Part shown: one piece after another, positions 51,453 through 63,085 of the stretch
Numbering within the stretch: position 1 is the first letter of the stretch
How the letters are laid out: each line of letters begins with the position of its first letter
Assembly: GCF_009834535.1 (NCBI RefSeq)
Contig: NC_045697.1
Location: 808,001 to 872,000 of the forward strand
DNA: 64,000 nucleotides
Source: Camelus ferus
Lineage: Eukaryota
Direction: 5' to 3'
Notes under the pieces: generated by a model
Seen by the model: the letters and a program-made list of their open reading frames with translations, nothing else
Databases searched by the model: none
Told to the model about the DNA's origin: nothing
Made by a program: the position numbers and the translations under genes

Positions 51453-51701
51453 TTAGCGCACAGCGCACACATCCAAGATGCAGAAGCGCGCACGGCAGGT
51501 GGGGCAGGGCACTCGGCTGGCCAGCCAGGTGTCCGGGCGCTGCGGATCCTGGCGGCTGGCGAACCACTTGCCCATGCAGGTGAGACACCACATGGGGCGG
51601 CAGTAGCACTGCTGGCATTCGCCCTCCGCCGCCTCCTGGCAGGTCTTCACCAGCTTCACGCTGGCACGTGTCTGCATGCAGCCGATGCACGCCTCCAGGT
51701 C
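51453..51701 (-). CDS. TMEM129: TMEM129 exon 4, C4C4 RING (DLEACIGC...CQQCYCRPMWCLTCMGKWF...CPTCRARFCILDVCAVR*)
   Basis: ctgctgcag|GAC; Cys-rich RING; TAA at 51453-51455. Confidence 0.97.
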   Translation of the reverse strand, partial: DLEACIGCMQTRASVKLVKTCQEAAEGECQQCYCRPMWCLTCMGKWFASRQDPQRPDTWLASRVPCPTCRARFCILDVCAVR

Positions 51702-51793
51702 CTGCAGCAGGCCAAGGTGGTCACAGGGGCCCCGGCCTATAGAGCCCCCCACCCCAGGAGATGTGGGAATCCATCACCCACCCAGGCCCCCAC

Positions 51794-51953
51794 CTGGCTG
51801 CTGGGGACTGAGTAGGCCGGGTTGACCTCCACCAGGGAGGCAAATGTCTCCAGGAACAGGTCGCCCAGGCTCTGGTGGATGACAACGTTGGCCGCGCTGC
51901 GGATGGGTGCCCGGAGTTTCTCACACAGCTCACCGTACTCCGTGGAGTTCAGC
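51794..51953 (-). CDS. TMEM129: TMEM129 exon 3 (LNSTEYGELCEKLRAPIR...YSVPSSQ)
   Basis: cgtgcag|G...CAG|gtgggg; 160 nt, phase 2 to 0. Confidence 0.95.
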
Positions 51954-52611
51954 CTGCACGAGGTGGTTGCTGCTGGGCTGGACCACTGGACTGAGGCCTC
52001 TGCAGGGCAGGGCCATCCTTCCCAGGCAGGCTGGCAAGGACCCTGGGGCAGTGGCAGGGAGGCCGAGTCTGCCGCAGTGAGCGAGGCACCCATGACCACA
52101 CGGAACATGGGGACTCAGGCACAGCCTGGCTGCCAGATGAAGACCAGCTAGCAAAAATGGCCAGAGCGCCGAGCCCACAGACCCAGCGCTGCCCAGCTGA
52201 CCACCGCCCTCCCAGGACACAGCGAGGTTGAAGGATGGTAGCTAAGACACGGAGTGCCTGGCCCTCAGTAGATTCAGGCCCAAGGCATGTCCCAGGAGGA
52301 GCACAGCAGGCCGGCCACAGCCTGAACTAGACAGGAGGACCTCGGCTCCAGCCCAAGCCTGTGTCCGGTACAGTGACCCCCAAACATCCCTGTGGGGCTC
52401 CCCCTGAGAAGCTGCAGAAGGCAGCTCAGATGAGAAGTGAAGAAGGAGGGAGCTGAGAGTACCTGAGAAGACGGGGCCAGCAAGGCGGCCTAGGGTGGGC
52501 AGTGCCGCCCTGAGGGAGGGGCACACTGGAGGGACCAGCTCCCACCCACCATCGCCTTTGAGTAAGACAAACACCAGATCTTGGGTGCTGGCCAGGCATG
52601 GGCAAGCCTAC

Positions 52612-53086
52612 CGGATGTCGAAGGCCTGCACAGCAGGGCTGGTGCTGGCTACGCGGATGGTAAGCAGCTGCACAGGTAGATTCGAGTCTGGCGAGAGGTC
52701 ATGCTGCTGGGATTCCGTCACAGTCAGGTGCACATCCTGCTGCTGGGCCACGTGCACACGGTACGTGGTCACCTTCATCACCCATGTGTCCGTCACAATC
52801 ACCCGGGCACCCGGCGCCCCCGTAGCAAATTTGTCAATCCTCCGGAACTCAGTGTTCACGGAGGAAGCGACAGCTCGCCAGCCTGACTGCGGCAGGGCAT
52901 AGAGGGCCAGGGTGCGGGCCAGGGGGTGGTGGGCCCACTGGTCCCGGGACCAGTAGTAGATAAGGGTGCAGGCAATGGTGGGCAGCAGCACCGCCAGCAG
53001 GAGGAAGACCCGCCAGGTCTCCGGGGCCTGGCTGGGAAAGTAGAGCCGCTTTTCTGAGGCTGCGAAGCACATGCCCACGTAGTAGC
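52612..53086 (-). CDS. TMEM129: TMEM129 exon 2 (YYVGMCFAASEK...QAFDI)
   Basis: tcccttgtag|GC...CG|gtaggc; 475 nt; hydrophobic TM segment VFLLLAVLLPTIACTLIYYW. Confidence 0.97.
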
Positions 53087-54602
53087 CTACAAGGGACAGA
53101 GCAAGCCTCAGCAGGGGTGGGGGCTGCTAGGCTGTCATCCTCTCCAGGAGGTTCCCACTTAGGTCCACAGGGCTATCCCTGTTGGGGGCAGGGGGGCTTC
53201 CTTTAGTCCCCATCCTTGGGCCAGGGCAAGGCCGTGGTACCCTAGGGCAGGTGAGCCTCACCCGCCTCCACAACTGGTCCAACTCAGCCCTTACCCTGTC
53301 AGCAGAAAACATTTTTATCTTACTACTTCAGTTCCATACAAATAACACATGAGTAGGGGGAAAACCTACAAAAGCAAAAGTACAAGGCTCTCGTGTCACC
53401 CAGTGCAGAGCTGCCCACTGGCCCTCCTGGGGCCAGATCCAGGCCTCTGGATCCCACCCACTCTGAGGAGGCAGAAAAGGGCATGGCCATCCCAGAACCG
53501 GAACATCGTGTGCCAGTGAGCAAGGTATGACACAGGCATGTCACAAGGACATCAGGGGAGCCAGCTCCAGGACCCTGCTGGCCAGATGGGGGCCAATTTG
53601 CATGTCAATAACGAGGTAGACAATGACCCACAGCACAGGCTTGAAGTTGCAAAAACAAAAGCAAGCGCTATTGATTAAGCCAGTACACTTTCTCTCACCC
53701 CATAGCAATAGATAACAGGTCTATAAAGTTTCAAAGCTATTGCAAAACAAATTAAAAAAAGAAAAACTCCTTGTCTGACTCTAAGGCCAGGCTCCACCAT
53801 TTCGTCCTCGTGTGGCCCAGGGAAGTCACTTGGCTCACTTCCCAGTTTCCCTGTCCTTCTGTGGGACGGTGGTGGCCCAGCCCCCCTCAGGCTGGTGGGA
53901 GGCATGCAGTTAAGAGGTTCCAGAAACTTCGGAAATCCTTAGTTCCCAGAGCAGAAACTCAATCCACAACCCTCAGGAGAACCCAAACTCTGAACCACAC
54001 TTTCCTCCTGCGGAGTTTCCCTGCCTCACAGGGGAGCTAGATGGAGCGACCTCACCACGCAGGCAGTCTCTGTCCTGGCATGGGCTCTCCTCTGCCCTCC
54101 ATCCCTATTAGGCAGGCAGCCCCCAGGCACAACCTGGCCTCAAGCCAGCCTCTCAGAGACCAGCTACACCTGAGTCACTACCCAGCACAGCCCCTGGCAA
54201 CATCTGAGCATCCTGGCCACATACACACCTTTCCGGGTCTCTGCACCCGTGACACTTCCTACTGCCATCATGCTCTTTGCCTGTCCTTCCTGCATCCACC
54301 TTCCAAGGACTGGGGCAGGCCACCAATGCTGGCATCAGTTAACTCACGTTCTTCTACAGGGAGCTGCCCCCCATGCGATAGCTCACAACTTGCCCCAGTG
54401 AGTGAAGCATCCCCTCCCTCAGGGTTCTGAGCCTGCCTTTCTGCCGCCTGCAAGAGGCCAGCTGCCGCCACTTCCCTCCAGCGCACTCCTGGGAGCACAC
54501 GAGCCCACAGCCTAGGCTCTGACCCGGGCGCCCTCCCCGGTCTCTTCTCGCTCTGAGGTCCCGGAGCTGGGCCTCGAGCGCCGCCCCGCCCACCGAGCTC
54601 AC

Positions 54603-54807
54603 CGAGCGGCAGCAGCGAGTGGCACAGCAGCGTGGCGGCCGTGCGGCGCAGGTGGTAGGGCACGAAGGCAGCGTCCTCGCTGCCCAGCCAGCCCGACAGC
54701 AGGTTCTGCACCGTGAGCCCGGCCGAGTGGAACTCGGTGGGAGTGAACACGAAGCACACGGCAAATACCAGGTAGGCCAGCGTGAACGTAACCTCAGGGC
54801 TGTCCAT
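54603..54807 (-). CDS. TMEM129: TMEM129 exon 1 CDS (MDSPEVTFTLAYLVFAVCFVF...HSLLPL); ERAD E3 ubiquitin ligase, 362 aa total
   Basis: Kozak gcgATGg; donor G|gtgagc; the exons sum to 1089 nt = 362 aa plus stop. Confidence 0.97.
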
Positions 54808-55454
54808 CGCGCCGCCGTCCCCACCGGGAAGCCGTCCGGGAGAAGCCCGCCTTCCGGGCGAAACCCGCTGCCCGGACGCCCGGAGCAGGCCCCAGCGTCC
54901 GGGTCCGGTAAGCGCCGGGCAGCGCGGGGCACTCTGGGAAGTGGAGTCCCCACTCTCAGACCACTCGCGCGGCGCTCTGGGAGCTAGGGTCCCGCGGGGC
55001 ACTTTGGGAAATGGAGTTCCCGTGCCCCACACCCGGCAGAAGTCGTGAGCGCCGCGATAGTCCTCGCGAGGGTTTGGGTTCTCACGACCTGCCTTGGGGG
55101 CGGCACTGCACCTGGTCCCATTTCACAGCTGGGGAAACTGAGACACGGGCGAATGGTTCTCAGGCCCTGGCCTTTCCGCGCAGCCTAGGGGCGCCCGCAG
55201 CTGAGCTCGAGATTCCTGGGCGACGGCGGTCCGCGCAGTCACAGTCCGCCCACGAGCAACCTTTCCCCATCGCCTGCTGCGGGAGCCGCAGTTACCGAGA
55301 ATTCCAGCGTCCGCCACGCCCAGCGTACCGCTAGCCCCGGAAGCGGAACCCCTTGTGGGCGCGGCCTCAGCCATGGCCTCCCATTGGCCGCCGATTCCGT
55401 GCGTCTCGCCCCAGCCGCACGCCGATTGGCCGCGCACGCCAACCGTCGGTATTT

Positions 55455-55527
55455 GAATCGGCGGCGGGGAGAGGGGTTCCCGGACTCGGCGCCTCCCGCT
55501 CTCCTGCTTCCGCGCGGCGGCCGACAG
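55455..55527 (+). other. TACC3: TACC3 non-coding exon 1 (5' end approximate)
   Basis: Strong donor CAG|gtaagg at 55527/55528 just downstream of the CCAAT/CHR cluster. Confidence 0.75.
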
Positions 55528-57220
55528 GTAAGGCGGCAGCGGGGTCCGGGCTCGGGGTTCCGGCCTCGCCTCCTCTGGCCCCGGGCCTCTGTCTGCCTGT
55601 CTGCCGTGGTGGCGACCACCCTGGTCGTGGGTCCCCTCCCCCCGGGATGCACTCCCCCCGCGACGCCTCTTCCCACAGTCGCGAGCGGAGCCGGCGGCCT
55701 CCCGCCCTTGTCTCCGAGACGCCTGGTGGTCCCTCTGCCGCCGTCAAAGACAGAACAGCCCGGGCCCGCTGCGCCGCCCTCCCCCTCACCCCGGTGACCT
55801 CGTCCAGCCGCAAACCACCGGTGGCTGTGACCTGCAAAGACACGTCTCCGCCCCCGCATACCCGCCAGCTTGCTGCCCGGCCCCTCTGGGCGTAGCCCCA
55901 CCTGTGAGCCATCGCCGATTCCTGCCGCACCTGCCGCAGAAACCTGGGCTCTGGCGCTCCCGCACCGCTGATCCCGCAAGACCCGCTCTCCGGGGCCGCC
56001 AGTCTTCCTGCCCTCCTGACCCGGCCCCTCCTTGCTCTGGAGCCGCCTTCGTGGCCCCCTCCTCAGTAGAAGCCAGACCCATAGAGGCTGCCATCATTGT
56101 TCTCCCACCTTCTCCGGCAGAGGGAGTTTGCCTCCAAGCCTGTCTCCCTCTTATGTCCCCCTCGTTTTACCCAGTTGTTAGGCCAAAACTAGTAGTTACT
56201 CTTGACTTACACTTCTCTTTCTTGCCCCCACACACAGTGTGTGGGCCTGTTGGCAAAGCAGGGCTGACCACCCAACCCCTGGCCAGATGCAAGAGCCTCT
56301 GACTCCCCACTTCCTTCCTGCCCCTCCCGGTCCTCCACACCAGCACCCCCAACCCCTGGCCTCACCCTTCAAGGGGGCTGGTCACCCTGACCTCCCACCC
56401 CAACCTCACCTCTTCCAAGGCCACCCCTACCTACTCTCTCTGCCCCAGCCACCCAGCCTCTTTAAACCGCAGTCCCCAGGGCCCCCACTACTAGCAAGTA
56501 CCTGTGGTGGCCCCTTGGGCAGGTCGACGCCCAGTTCTCTGGTGACTCCTGGACTCGGAAGGCCGTGTCAGTCACCATGACAAAGACTTTGGGAAGAAGT
56601 GGGACTGCTCTAGAAACTTCTGGGCCCAGCTGGAGGCCCCTGGTGTGTTTCTACTCTGCAGACTCTGATGTAGAAGCCACTTGACTCCCCACAAATGATT
56701 CTGCACCCTGCTGCTTGTTACCTTCTGTGGCTCCTCCTCTAGGCCCCCACCCTCCCAACACCCTTGTCTGGTCCCCATTTCCTGGCCCCGTAGGCAGAGT
56801 ACAGGCTGCCGTGCTGTCTGCTCTCCCATCCTCCACCAGTTTGGTAGCCCGCTCCAACTCTGACACCGAGGCCTGCAGGGAGACGAGGCTTCCTATGCCT
56901 CATCCAGTGTCATCACAGATCAGCCCTTACCTGTCTCCCAGCCTTTACCCACAAAGTTCAAGTTATTTCGTGGACATGGTTTTCCCTCCTTGCCCTGAGG
57001 GCTGGGGACCCCTTTAGCTCTTGCTCCTGGGAGGTGGCAGCTCCCCCCAAAGCAGGGAGGGGACTGCCTGGCAGAGGACATGCTGCCTAAGGTGTGACCC
57101 ACCTGTGCAGGCAGGGGGATGTCCTCACTCAGCACCATGAGGTCAGCCCTGTCCTTTTCCACATACGTGCGTCCAGACAACATGCCCTGCTGCTGACAGA
57201 AAACTGTTTGCTTTTCCAGA

Positions 57221-57382
57221 ATGAGTCTGCACATCTTCAGTGACAAGAATGTCACTGATGACAAAAGCACAGAGAACTGTGACTTCCTGTTTTCACCACT
57301 GGAAGTTACCGGAAGGTTGCCTGTACTCCGTCTGTCACAGAAAGAAAATGTGCCACCCAAGAGCACAGCCAAAGCAGTGAAG
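57221..57382 (+). CDS. TACC3: TACC3 exon 2 (MSLHIFSDKNV...QKENVPPKSTAKAVK)
   Basis: cttttccag|aATG; AAG|gtgagc; TACC3 N-terminus with KEN motif. Confidence 0.96.
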
Positions 57383-57530
57383 GTGAGCATGTCTCCCCCT
57401 GTGTAGATCTACCAAGTGTCACAGGTGCAGTCATCCTGGGGCCTGCTTTCCCGGGGACTTACTGCGCTGCCAGGGCATGGTGCTTGGAGACGTGAGTTAC
57501 TGACTAGGAGCCCCCCTCCCTCCCCAACAG

Positions 57531-57673
57531 GTGACTTTTCAGACACCTCTGCGGGATCCACAGACACACAGGATTTTAAGTCCCAGCATGAGCAGCAAAC
57601 TTGAAGTTTTTTTAGCTCTGGGCGACACCCCTGGATTAGAAAACTCCCACCAAGTCTGGACCCAGAAGGAGAA
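57531..57673 (+). CDS. TACC3: TACC3 exon 3 (VTFQTPLRDPQTHRILSP...WTQKE)
   Basis: ccccaacag|GTG...AA|gtaagt; 143 nt; conserved VTFQTPLRDP motif. Confidence 0.96.
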
Positions 57674-59055
57674 GTAAGTGTCGGTGCCGTCTGATGTATT
57701 GCAGTTGTGACCTCTCTGACGGATGTGGCAGGAAGAGTCTGTCTTGTTTGTCATATCCAGCTGGTCTCTGCTCTGGGTTTGTGTCATGCATGGCCAAAGT
57801 ACTCAGAAGTCGTTTGTTCCTGAAGAGTGAGTCCCGAAGCAGCGTGAGTTTAAATGCGCATTCCGCACCTTTGCTGCATCCTTGCCAACAAACTGGCCGT
57901 AGTTTCTGCTTCCCTGGCTTCATGAAATGTCCTGGCCTCCTCTCCCGGGGCTGCTCTGTGGTTTTGCTGCTTTTATAGCATTCCACTGGGATCTCCCTCC
58001 TCACAAGTCAGCCTCATGTTCTCCACATCCAGCCCTGGAGAAAGCTCACAGACAGATCTTACCTTTGAAGGCAGAGAAACTGTTAATCTAGTCAGAGTGC
58101 CAGTGGTGTCTGACGGACCAGGTTTTAAGCACTTGACTTTAATCGAGAGAAGCTTCTTCGCAGCCTGCCCCGGCCTAGGCGTTTTACTGGATGTGCTGGT
58201 CGACTAGGCAAAGCCAAGGCTTCTCCAGCCTCAGTCTGGAGATGAGCTCGTCACCCCCAGATTAGGATGGAACAAGTGGGCAGGGCCCCAGGGACCCTCT
58301 GCGTCCGGGTGAGAAGGGCCCTCACTGGCACATTTTGTTCTGACTTTTGCTGACTTAAACTGTTTAAGACCTTGCTTTTTCTTTTAAACAGGTTTCAGAG
58401 AAAGGTGTAAAAGCAAAACATCGCTAATGTACCCATCACCTAACTCGAGTGAAATGTGCTCGGGCCACGTTCCCATCCTCCCAAGGGTGGAGACTCCTCC
58501 TGAATCCCCCCTCCCCTTAACTTGCTACTTTCCAACTTTAGATTTTTTACTTTTCATTTTGAAAATCATCTAATGAGATTAGAGTGATCAAATACCATTC
58601 TTCTGTAACAGCCCCACAAGGGAAGGGAAACCCAGCTGTTGGGACTCTGCCTCTGGGCTGCTCCAGGGCCACAGAGGGGAGGCGCGGGAGGCCGTGGAGG
58701 ACCCAGGGTGGGCAGGCCTGAAGGCAGTGTCCTGGACCTCATCTTTCTTGCTCTCCAGTGAGGAGCCTGACCCTCCTGTGCCCAGACTGTCCTTGACCAC
58801 GTAGCTGCTGGGCCCCAGCTGACAGGGGAGCCTGGCCTTTGATCCTTTGCCAGTGGCGTTTCCACGCTGTCTGCCTTGGGACCCTGGGTCTCCAGGTGGC
58901 CGCCAGCAGACTGCGCTTGGAAAAAGTTAACCTGGGAAGGTTGATTGTATGATTGTATGTTTTTTTTTTCTTTCTTTAGCTAATGTTTTCACGCAGACTA
59001 AAATCTAAATGAAAACCTAACTGGTTCATTTGTGTTAACTGTCTGTTTCTAAAAG

Positions 59056-59952
59056 CCAACAGTTTACCCAGGAAACAGAGACCAGAACAACTAATGGAAT
59101 TCTGCAGAAGCCAGCAGTGGAGGGGGCCAACCTTCCTCCAGGGTTCGTGAGACCAGCATCTGAAGACAGGCTTCCCAGTGGGCCCGCCTGTGCCGGTCTG
59201 GGTCCCTCAAGCTTCCCTCAAATGCCAGAAAGTGTTGAAAACCAAGTGGCATCTTCAGGACAAGTGTCGAGCAGCCCTGAACAAGCTTGGGAGGAGCACG
59301 TCCATTCTCATTCCTCAGAGGAAAGTGTTGCATCCACCCCCAAGATTCTAGAACACCCTCCCGGGATGGCGTCCCAAGACACAGACAGAGCAGAGGACCC
59401 GTGTAGCCTCCCAGGAGAAAACCCGGACGCGGTTCCTGCTTCCCGCGTGGGGGCTGCTCCAGCTCCCGGTACTCCCCCCGGAGGAGCCCACGCAGGGGAG
59501 CCCCACACAGACCTGCCTGGCGAGGGCCCCGGGGGCCCCGAGGCCACTGCCCCTGCCGGCCCTGTGGAGGCTGGAGGGGCCCCAGCCCCCAGTGCTCAGA
59601 GTGAGGAGGGCAGGGGCCAGGAGGCCAGCTCTTTGAGAAGCGGGCCTGTGAGGCTAGAATTTGACTTCCCTGATGATGCCACCAGCAAAAAGCCACCTCC
59701 GCTGAGGAAACGAGGGACGGCCCCAGGTCTCAAACCGCCCTCAAGGAGACCAGAGATGAGGCAGGAAAAGGCCACCATGGCTGCGGGTGAGGGTCCTGAT
59801 CCCCCTCCACGAGGGTCTGGCAGCCTGGATGGGGACAAGCTGGATGACCCAGACTTTAACCCATGTGGAGGTGACAGAGAGGCCTGGCCCCCGGAGCACC
59901 CCCAGAGCAGGCCAGCCGGGCCTGCAGCCGCAGAGGACTCATCACCAAGCCA
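59056..59952 (+). CDS. TACC3: TACC3 exon 4, large low-complexity exon
   Basis: tttctaaaag|C...CA|gtgagt; 897 nt, phase 2 to 2; RSGPVRLEFDF and DKLDDPDFNP motifs. Confidence 0.93.
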
Positions 59953-60518
59953 GTGAGTGTTGGGGGGTGGTGGCAGGGCAGCAGCTCCAGGGTGTGGGCA
60001 CCCGTGGGCCCCAGACCAGATGTGCCACCTGCACCCCTGAGAGGCCCAGGGCAGGCGCAGCTCTTGGGAATAAGAAGCAGAGGAGCGACGTCGGCCCCTC
60101 ACAGGGGGCGTCCTGTGCTGTGACCCACCCGGGAGGTCGAGAAAGCTCCTAGCAGAGAGTCCCTAGGGTTCCCGAGGCAGCGCGGCTCCAGGGGAGCCCG
60201 AGTTTCCTGGCGCGAGCTCCCAGGACGCGGCTTCGTGGCTGCCGCGGGCGTGTGGTCACAGAGGAGCCCGCCTAGCTCCTGCCGCAGTTTCCTGGTGGGG
60301 GGATACGTGGATCCTCGTGGTTTGCTTTTCCTTGAGTTGAGTGACCTCAGAGCTCCTTCTGAGGAGTGGTTCTCGTGCAGGTGAGGTTGGGGGCCAGCTT
60401 TGCCGGGCTGCTCGGCTGGCCCCATGCCTGGCTTGCTGGGCGGGGTTTGCAGGGCAGGCGGCAGGTGGGTGCCGAAGCGGCAGTGGGGACACAGGCCCTG
60501 CAGACCCCGTCTCTTTAG

Positions 60519-60594
60519 GCAGGTGCTTTCAGCCTCAGCAGATGACACACCTGGGGTACAGAGCCCAGCAGGGACCACAGGAGCTGCAAGTGAG
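60519..60594 (+). CDS. TACC3: TACC3 exon 5 (QVLSASADDTPGVQSPAGTTGAASE)
   Basis: ctctttag|G...GAG|gtacgg; 76 nt, phase 2 to 0. Confidence 0.88.
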
Positions 60595-60787
60595 GTACGG
60601 AGTGTGGGTGGGCACCCCAGTGTGACACATCCTTGCACTGTCACCATGTCTGGGTATCGTAACAGGGCAGAGGGGGCCTGGGGGCACAGGCTGCTGCCCC
60701 TACCCCCACCCCCATGTCCCTCGTCCTGACGAGACTACATGAGGTGCCCAAACCAAGCCCCCAAGGTGACCCCGACCTCCCTTCCAG

Positions 60788-60941
60788 GAGGGATCCTCAG
60801 GCTCTTCGGGTGCACCAGCTCCCACTAGCAGCCCGAGCACTGAGTCAGTGACCGCGCCTGCCGACCCCGCGCCCCCTGCCCCTCAGGGCCTGGAGCCCGC
60901 CTTGGACCTGACTGGGGAGCACTTCCGAGACCCCACTGAGG
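60788..60941 (+). CDS. TACC3: TACC3 exon 6 (EGSSG...LDLTGEHFRDPTE)
   Basis: cccttccag|GAG...G|gtacgt; 154 nt; FRDP Aurora-A docking motif. Confidence 0.9.
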
Positions 60942-61499
60942 GTACGTCTCTGTCTGTCCTCACAGCCAGGTTGCTCGGAACATTCCACGAGCACGTGTTC
61001 AGTGGCACCTGCTGCCATTGTCCTGCGGGCAGCTCTGTTCCCTGACTTCAGTGATTCAGGCAGAAACTTCTGGTTTATCAAAAGATAGGCATTTTCAGGA
61101 GAACAGGGCTGATGCCTGTGACATAAAAAAATCTTAGGCTCAGAAAACTGGGCAGAAGCCCTGGCTTAGACAGCTCGAGTGCAGTCCGGAGGCAGCCGGG
61201 GCCTCGCTGTTCTGGGGGACGTGCTGTTTGAAACAGGACCCCACAGAGATGAAAGGCAGGTCCCTGGACAGGAGGGCTGGAAGAGCCCTGGGTCTAAGCC
61301 GAGCTCAGTGAGGGCTTGTGACTGAGCTGCTTCGCAAGACAGAAGGCAACTGGAGACACTCTTGGTTTGCGTTATGTAAGAGCCCACAGGTGCAGTGGAG
61401 ACAGGATGTGGACGTAGGGCTTCTCTGGCAGGACAGCCGTGGGGCCCTCCGCACATAGGTGGGACCAGAAGCCATGGACGCACTCCACTAGGCCAGGGA

Positions 61500-62275
61500 C
61501 CTGGAGGCACACAATGTGCGGTTTTGTGTCTGGTGTCTTTCACTGAACAACAAGGTCCGTTTCAGGTCAGGACCTCCTTTTATGGCTAAGCAACATTCCA
61601 CCATGTGGAAATTACATCTCGTTTCTTCTTTTACTAATTGATGGACTTTGGGATGGTTTCCACTTTTGCGCTGTTATGACTAAGACTGCTGGGAACACTC
61701 GCGTACACGTTTACGTGTGGCCGTGCGTGACCCACTTCTCTGGGGCAGGTGTACCTAGAGGACCTGGTCACATTGTGCTGACTGTGGGAGGAGCCGCCCA
61801 GCCGTTCTCCGCAGGCCCACACCTCTTACCCCTCCATGGGCAGCACCCAAGGGCCAGCTGCACAGCGTCCCGCCTGCACACGGTGCTGGCTGCATGTCAC
61901 GGTCCCCCACCAACGAGCCACATTTGTCCACGTGCGTGTTGACCTTTTGAGTCTCCCCTTTGGAGGAGCGTCTGCTCAGATCCTTTCCCATTTCTTCGCT
62001 GAGTTATTTGCCATATGACCAAGTTGCAGAGATTTCTAGTGTAATCTGGGTAGGAACCCCTTGTCAGGCACCTGATCTGCAAAACTTGCCTTTGCACTCT
62101 GTGTCCTTGGAGGCCCAAGCTGTCACCTTGCTGCTTGTGTGTCTGGCGTCAGTCCTGATGAGTCACTGTCACACCCGGTGTCACGAGGGTGTGCCCTTGT
62201 GTTTTCTTCTAAGAATTCTGTGGTTTTAACTCATACACTTGGGGCTTTGATCCATTTTGGGTCAGTTTCTGTCTA
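61500..62275 (-). mobile_element. Old LINE-1 (L1M) fragment, antisense, TACC3 intron 6
   Basis: ttgatggactttgggatggtttccactttt...tcagatcctttcccatttc...gttttcttctaagaattctgtggttttaactc resembles antisense L1 ORF2/3' region. Confidence 0.75.
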
Positions 62276-62613
62276 TGGCACGAGTCACCTTTAGAATCTG
62301 TAAACAAAGGTCGCACCAGAACACAAAGGGCTCTTCCAGGCTGGCTGCACACTGCTGCTCAGCCAGGGATGCCCTTGGCCGTTACTCCTGGGGGGTCTGT
62401 CAGCCCTTGTGTGTGACCCAACAAAACGACCCAGCCCCCAGCGTCATGAGCAGGACGGCAGCCCCGCCTTATAGCAAAGGGCCGTCTGTCCAGGGCAGAC
62501 CGGGCCGTGGAAGGGGGCGGGGGGGTGCTTGGGAGCTGCCAAGCCAGCGTCCTGTGCCGGAGAGCTCTAGCCCGAGTCCCGCGGGCCGTGACGCACCCAC
62601 CCGCTACTCTCAG

Positions 62614-62666
62614 TTCTAGGCACGGGGGCTGAAGTCGACTACCTGGAGCAGTTTGGGGCTTCCTCG
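62614..62666 (+). CDS. TACC3: TACC3 exon 7 (VLGTGAEVDYLEQFGASS)
   Basis: ctctcag|TT...TCG|gtgagt; 53 nt. Confidence 0.96.
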
Positions 62667-62981
62667 GTGAGTATCCTGCACCTCGTGGCAGCCTTTCCTC
62701 AAGTGTGAGTCTCAAAAAGGGGCTGTTTCTGGAACAGCCCTGAGTCCCTGCCCTGCTTGGCAGTCACCAGGCTTTCTCAATTCGGGCAGTGTCTGTGTCT
62801 GCCCAGGGCACAGGGCTGGCCGGTGGGGATGGTGTCTCCAGGCCCCTGTCCTGCAGCTGCTCCCAGCAGAGTCGTGTCCCCCTCCTGCGCCACGCAGGCC
62901 ATGATCTGCCTGGGCCTGTCCCAGGCTCTGCGGGCTGTCGTGTCGGGGATGCCGCTGAACCTGCTCCCCCTACCGCAGCAG

Positions 62982-63085
62982 TTTAAGGAGTCAGCCCTGA
63001 GGAAGCAGTCCTTGTACCTCAAGTTCGACCCGCTCCTGCAGGACAGCCCTCGGAGACCGGTGCCCGCAGCCCCTGAGACCAGCAG
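62982..63085 (+). CDS. TACC3: TACC3 exon 8 (FKESALRKQSLYLKFDPLLQDSP...); alternative start 62979
   Basis: ccgcagcag|TTT...AG|gtgcgc; Aurora-A site RKQS and clathrin-binding DPLL. Confidence 0.97.

Larger units (their letters stand above)
54520..56050. promoter_or_regulatory. CpG island / bidirectional TMEM129-TACC3 promoter
   Basis: Head-to-head genes; ZNF143-like repeats 54926-55017; tandem ETS ccggaagcggaa 55337-55348; ATTGG at 55383 and 55425; CHR TTTGAA 55452-55457. Confidence 0.9.

Noticed and set aside
58370..58445. Strong-looking acceptor (cttttaaacag) in TACC3 intron 3
   Set aside because: No good downstream donor, the context resembles an old antisense L1 remnant, and exons 3 and 4 already join in frame.
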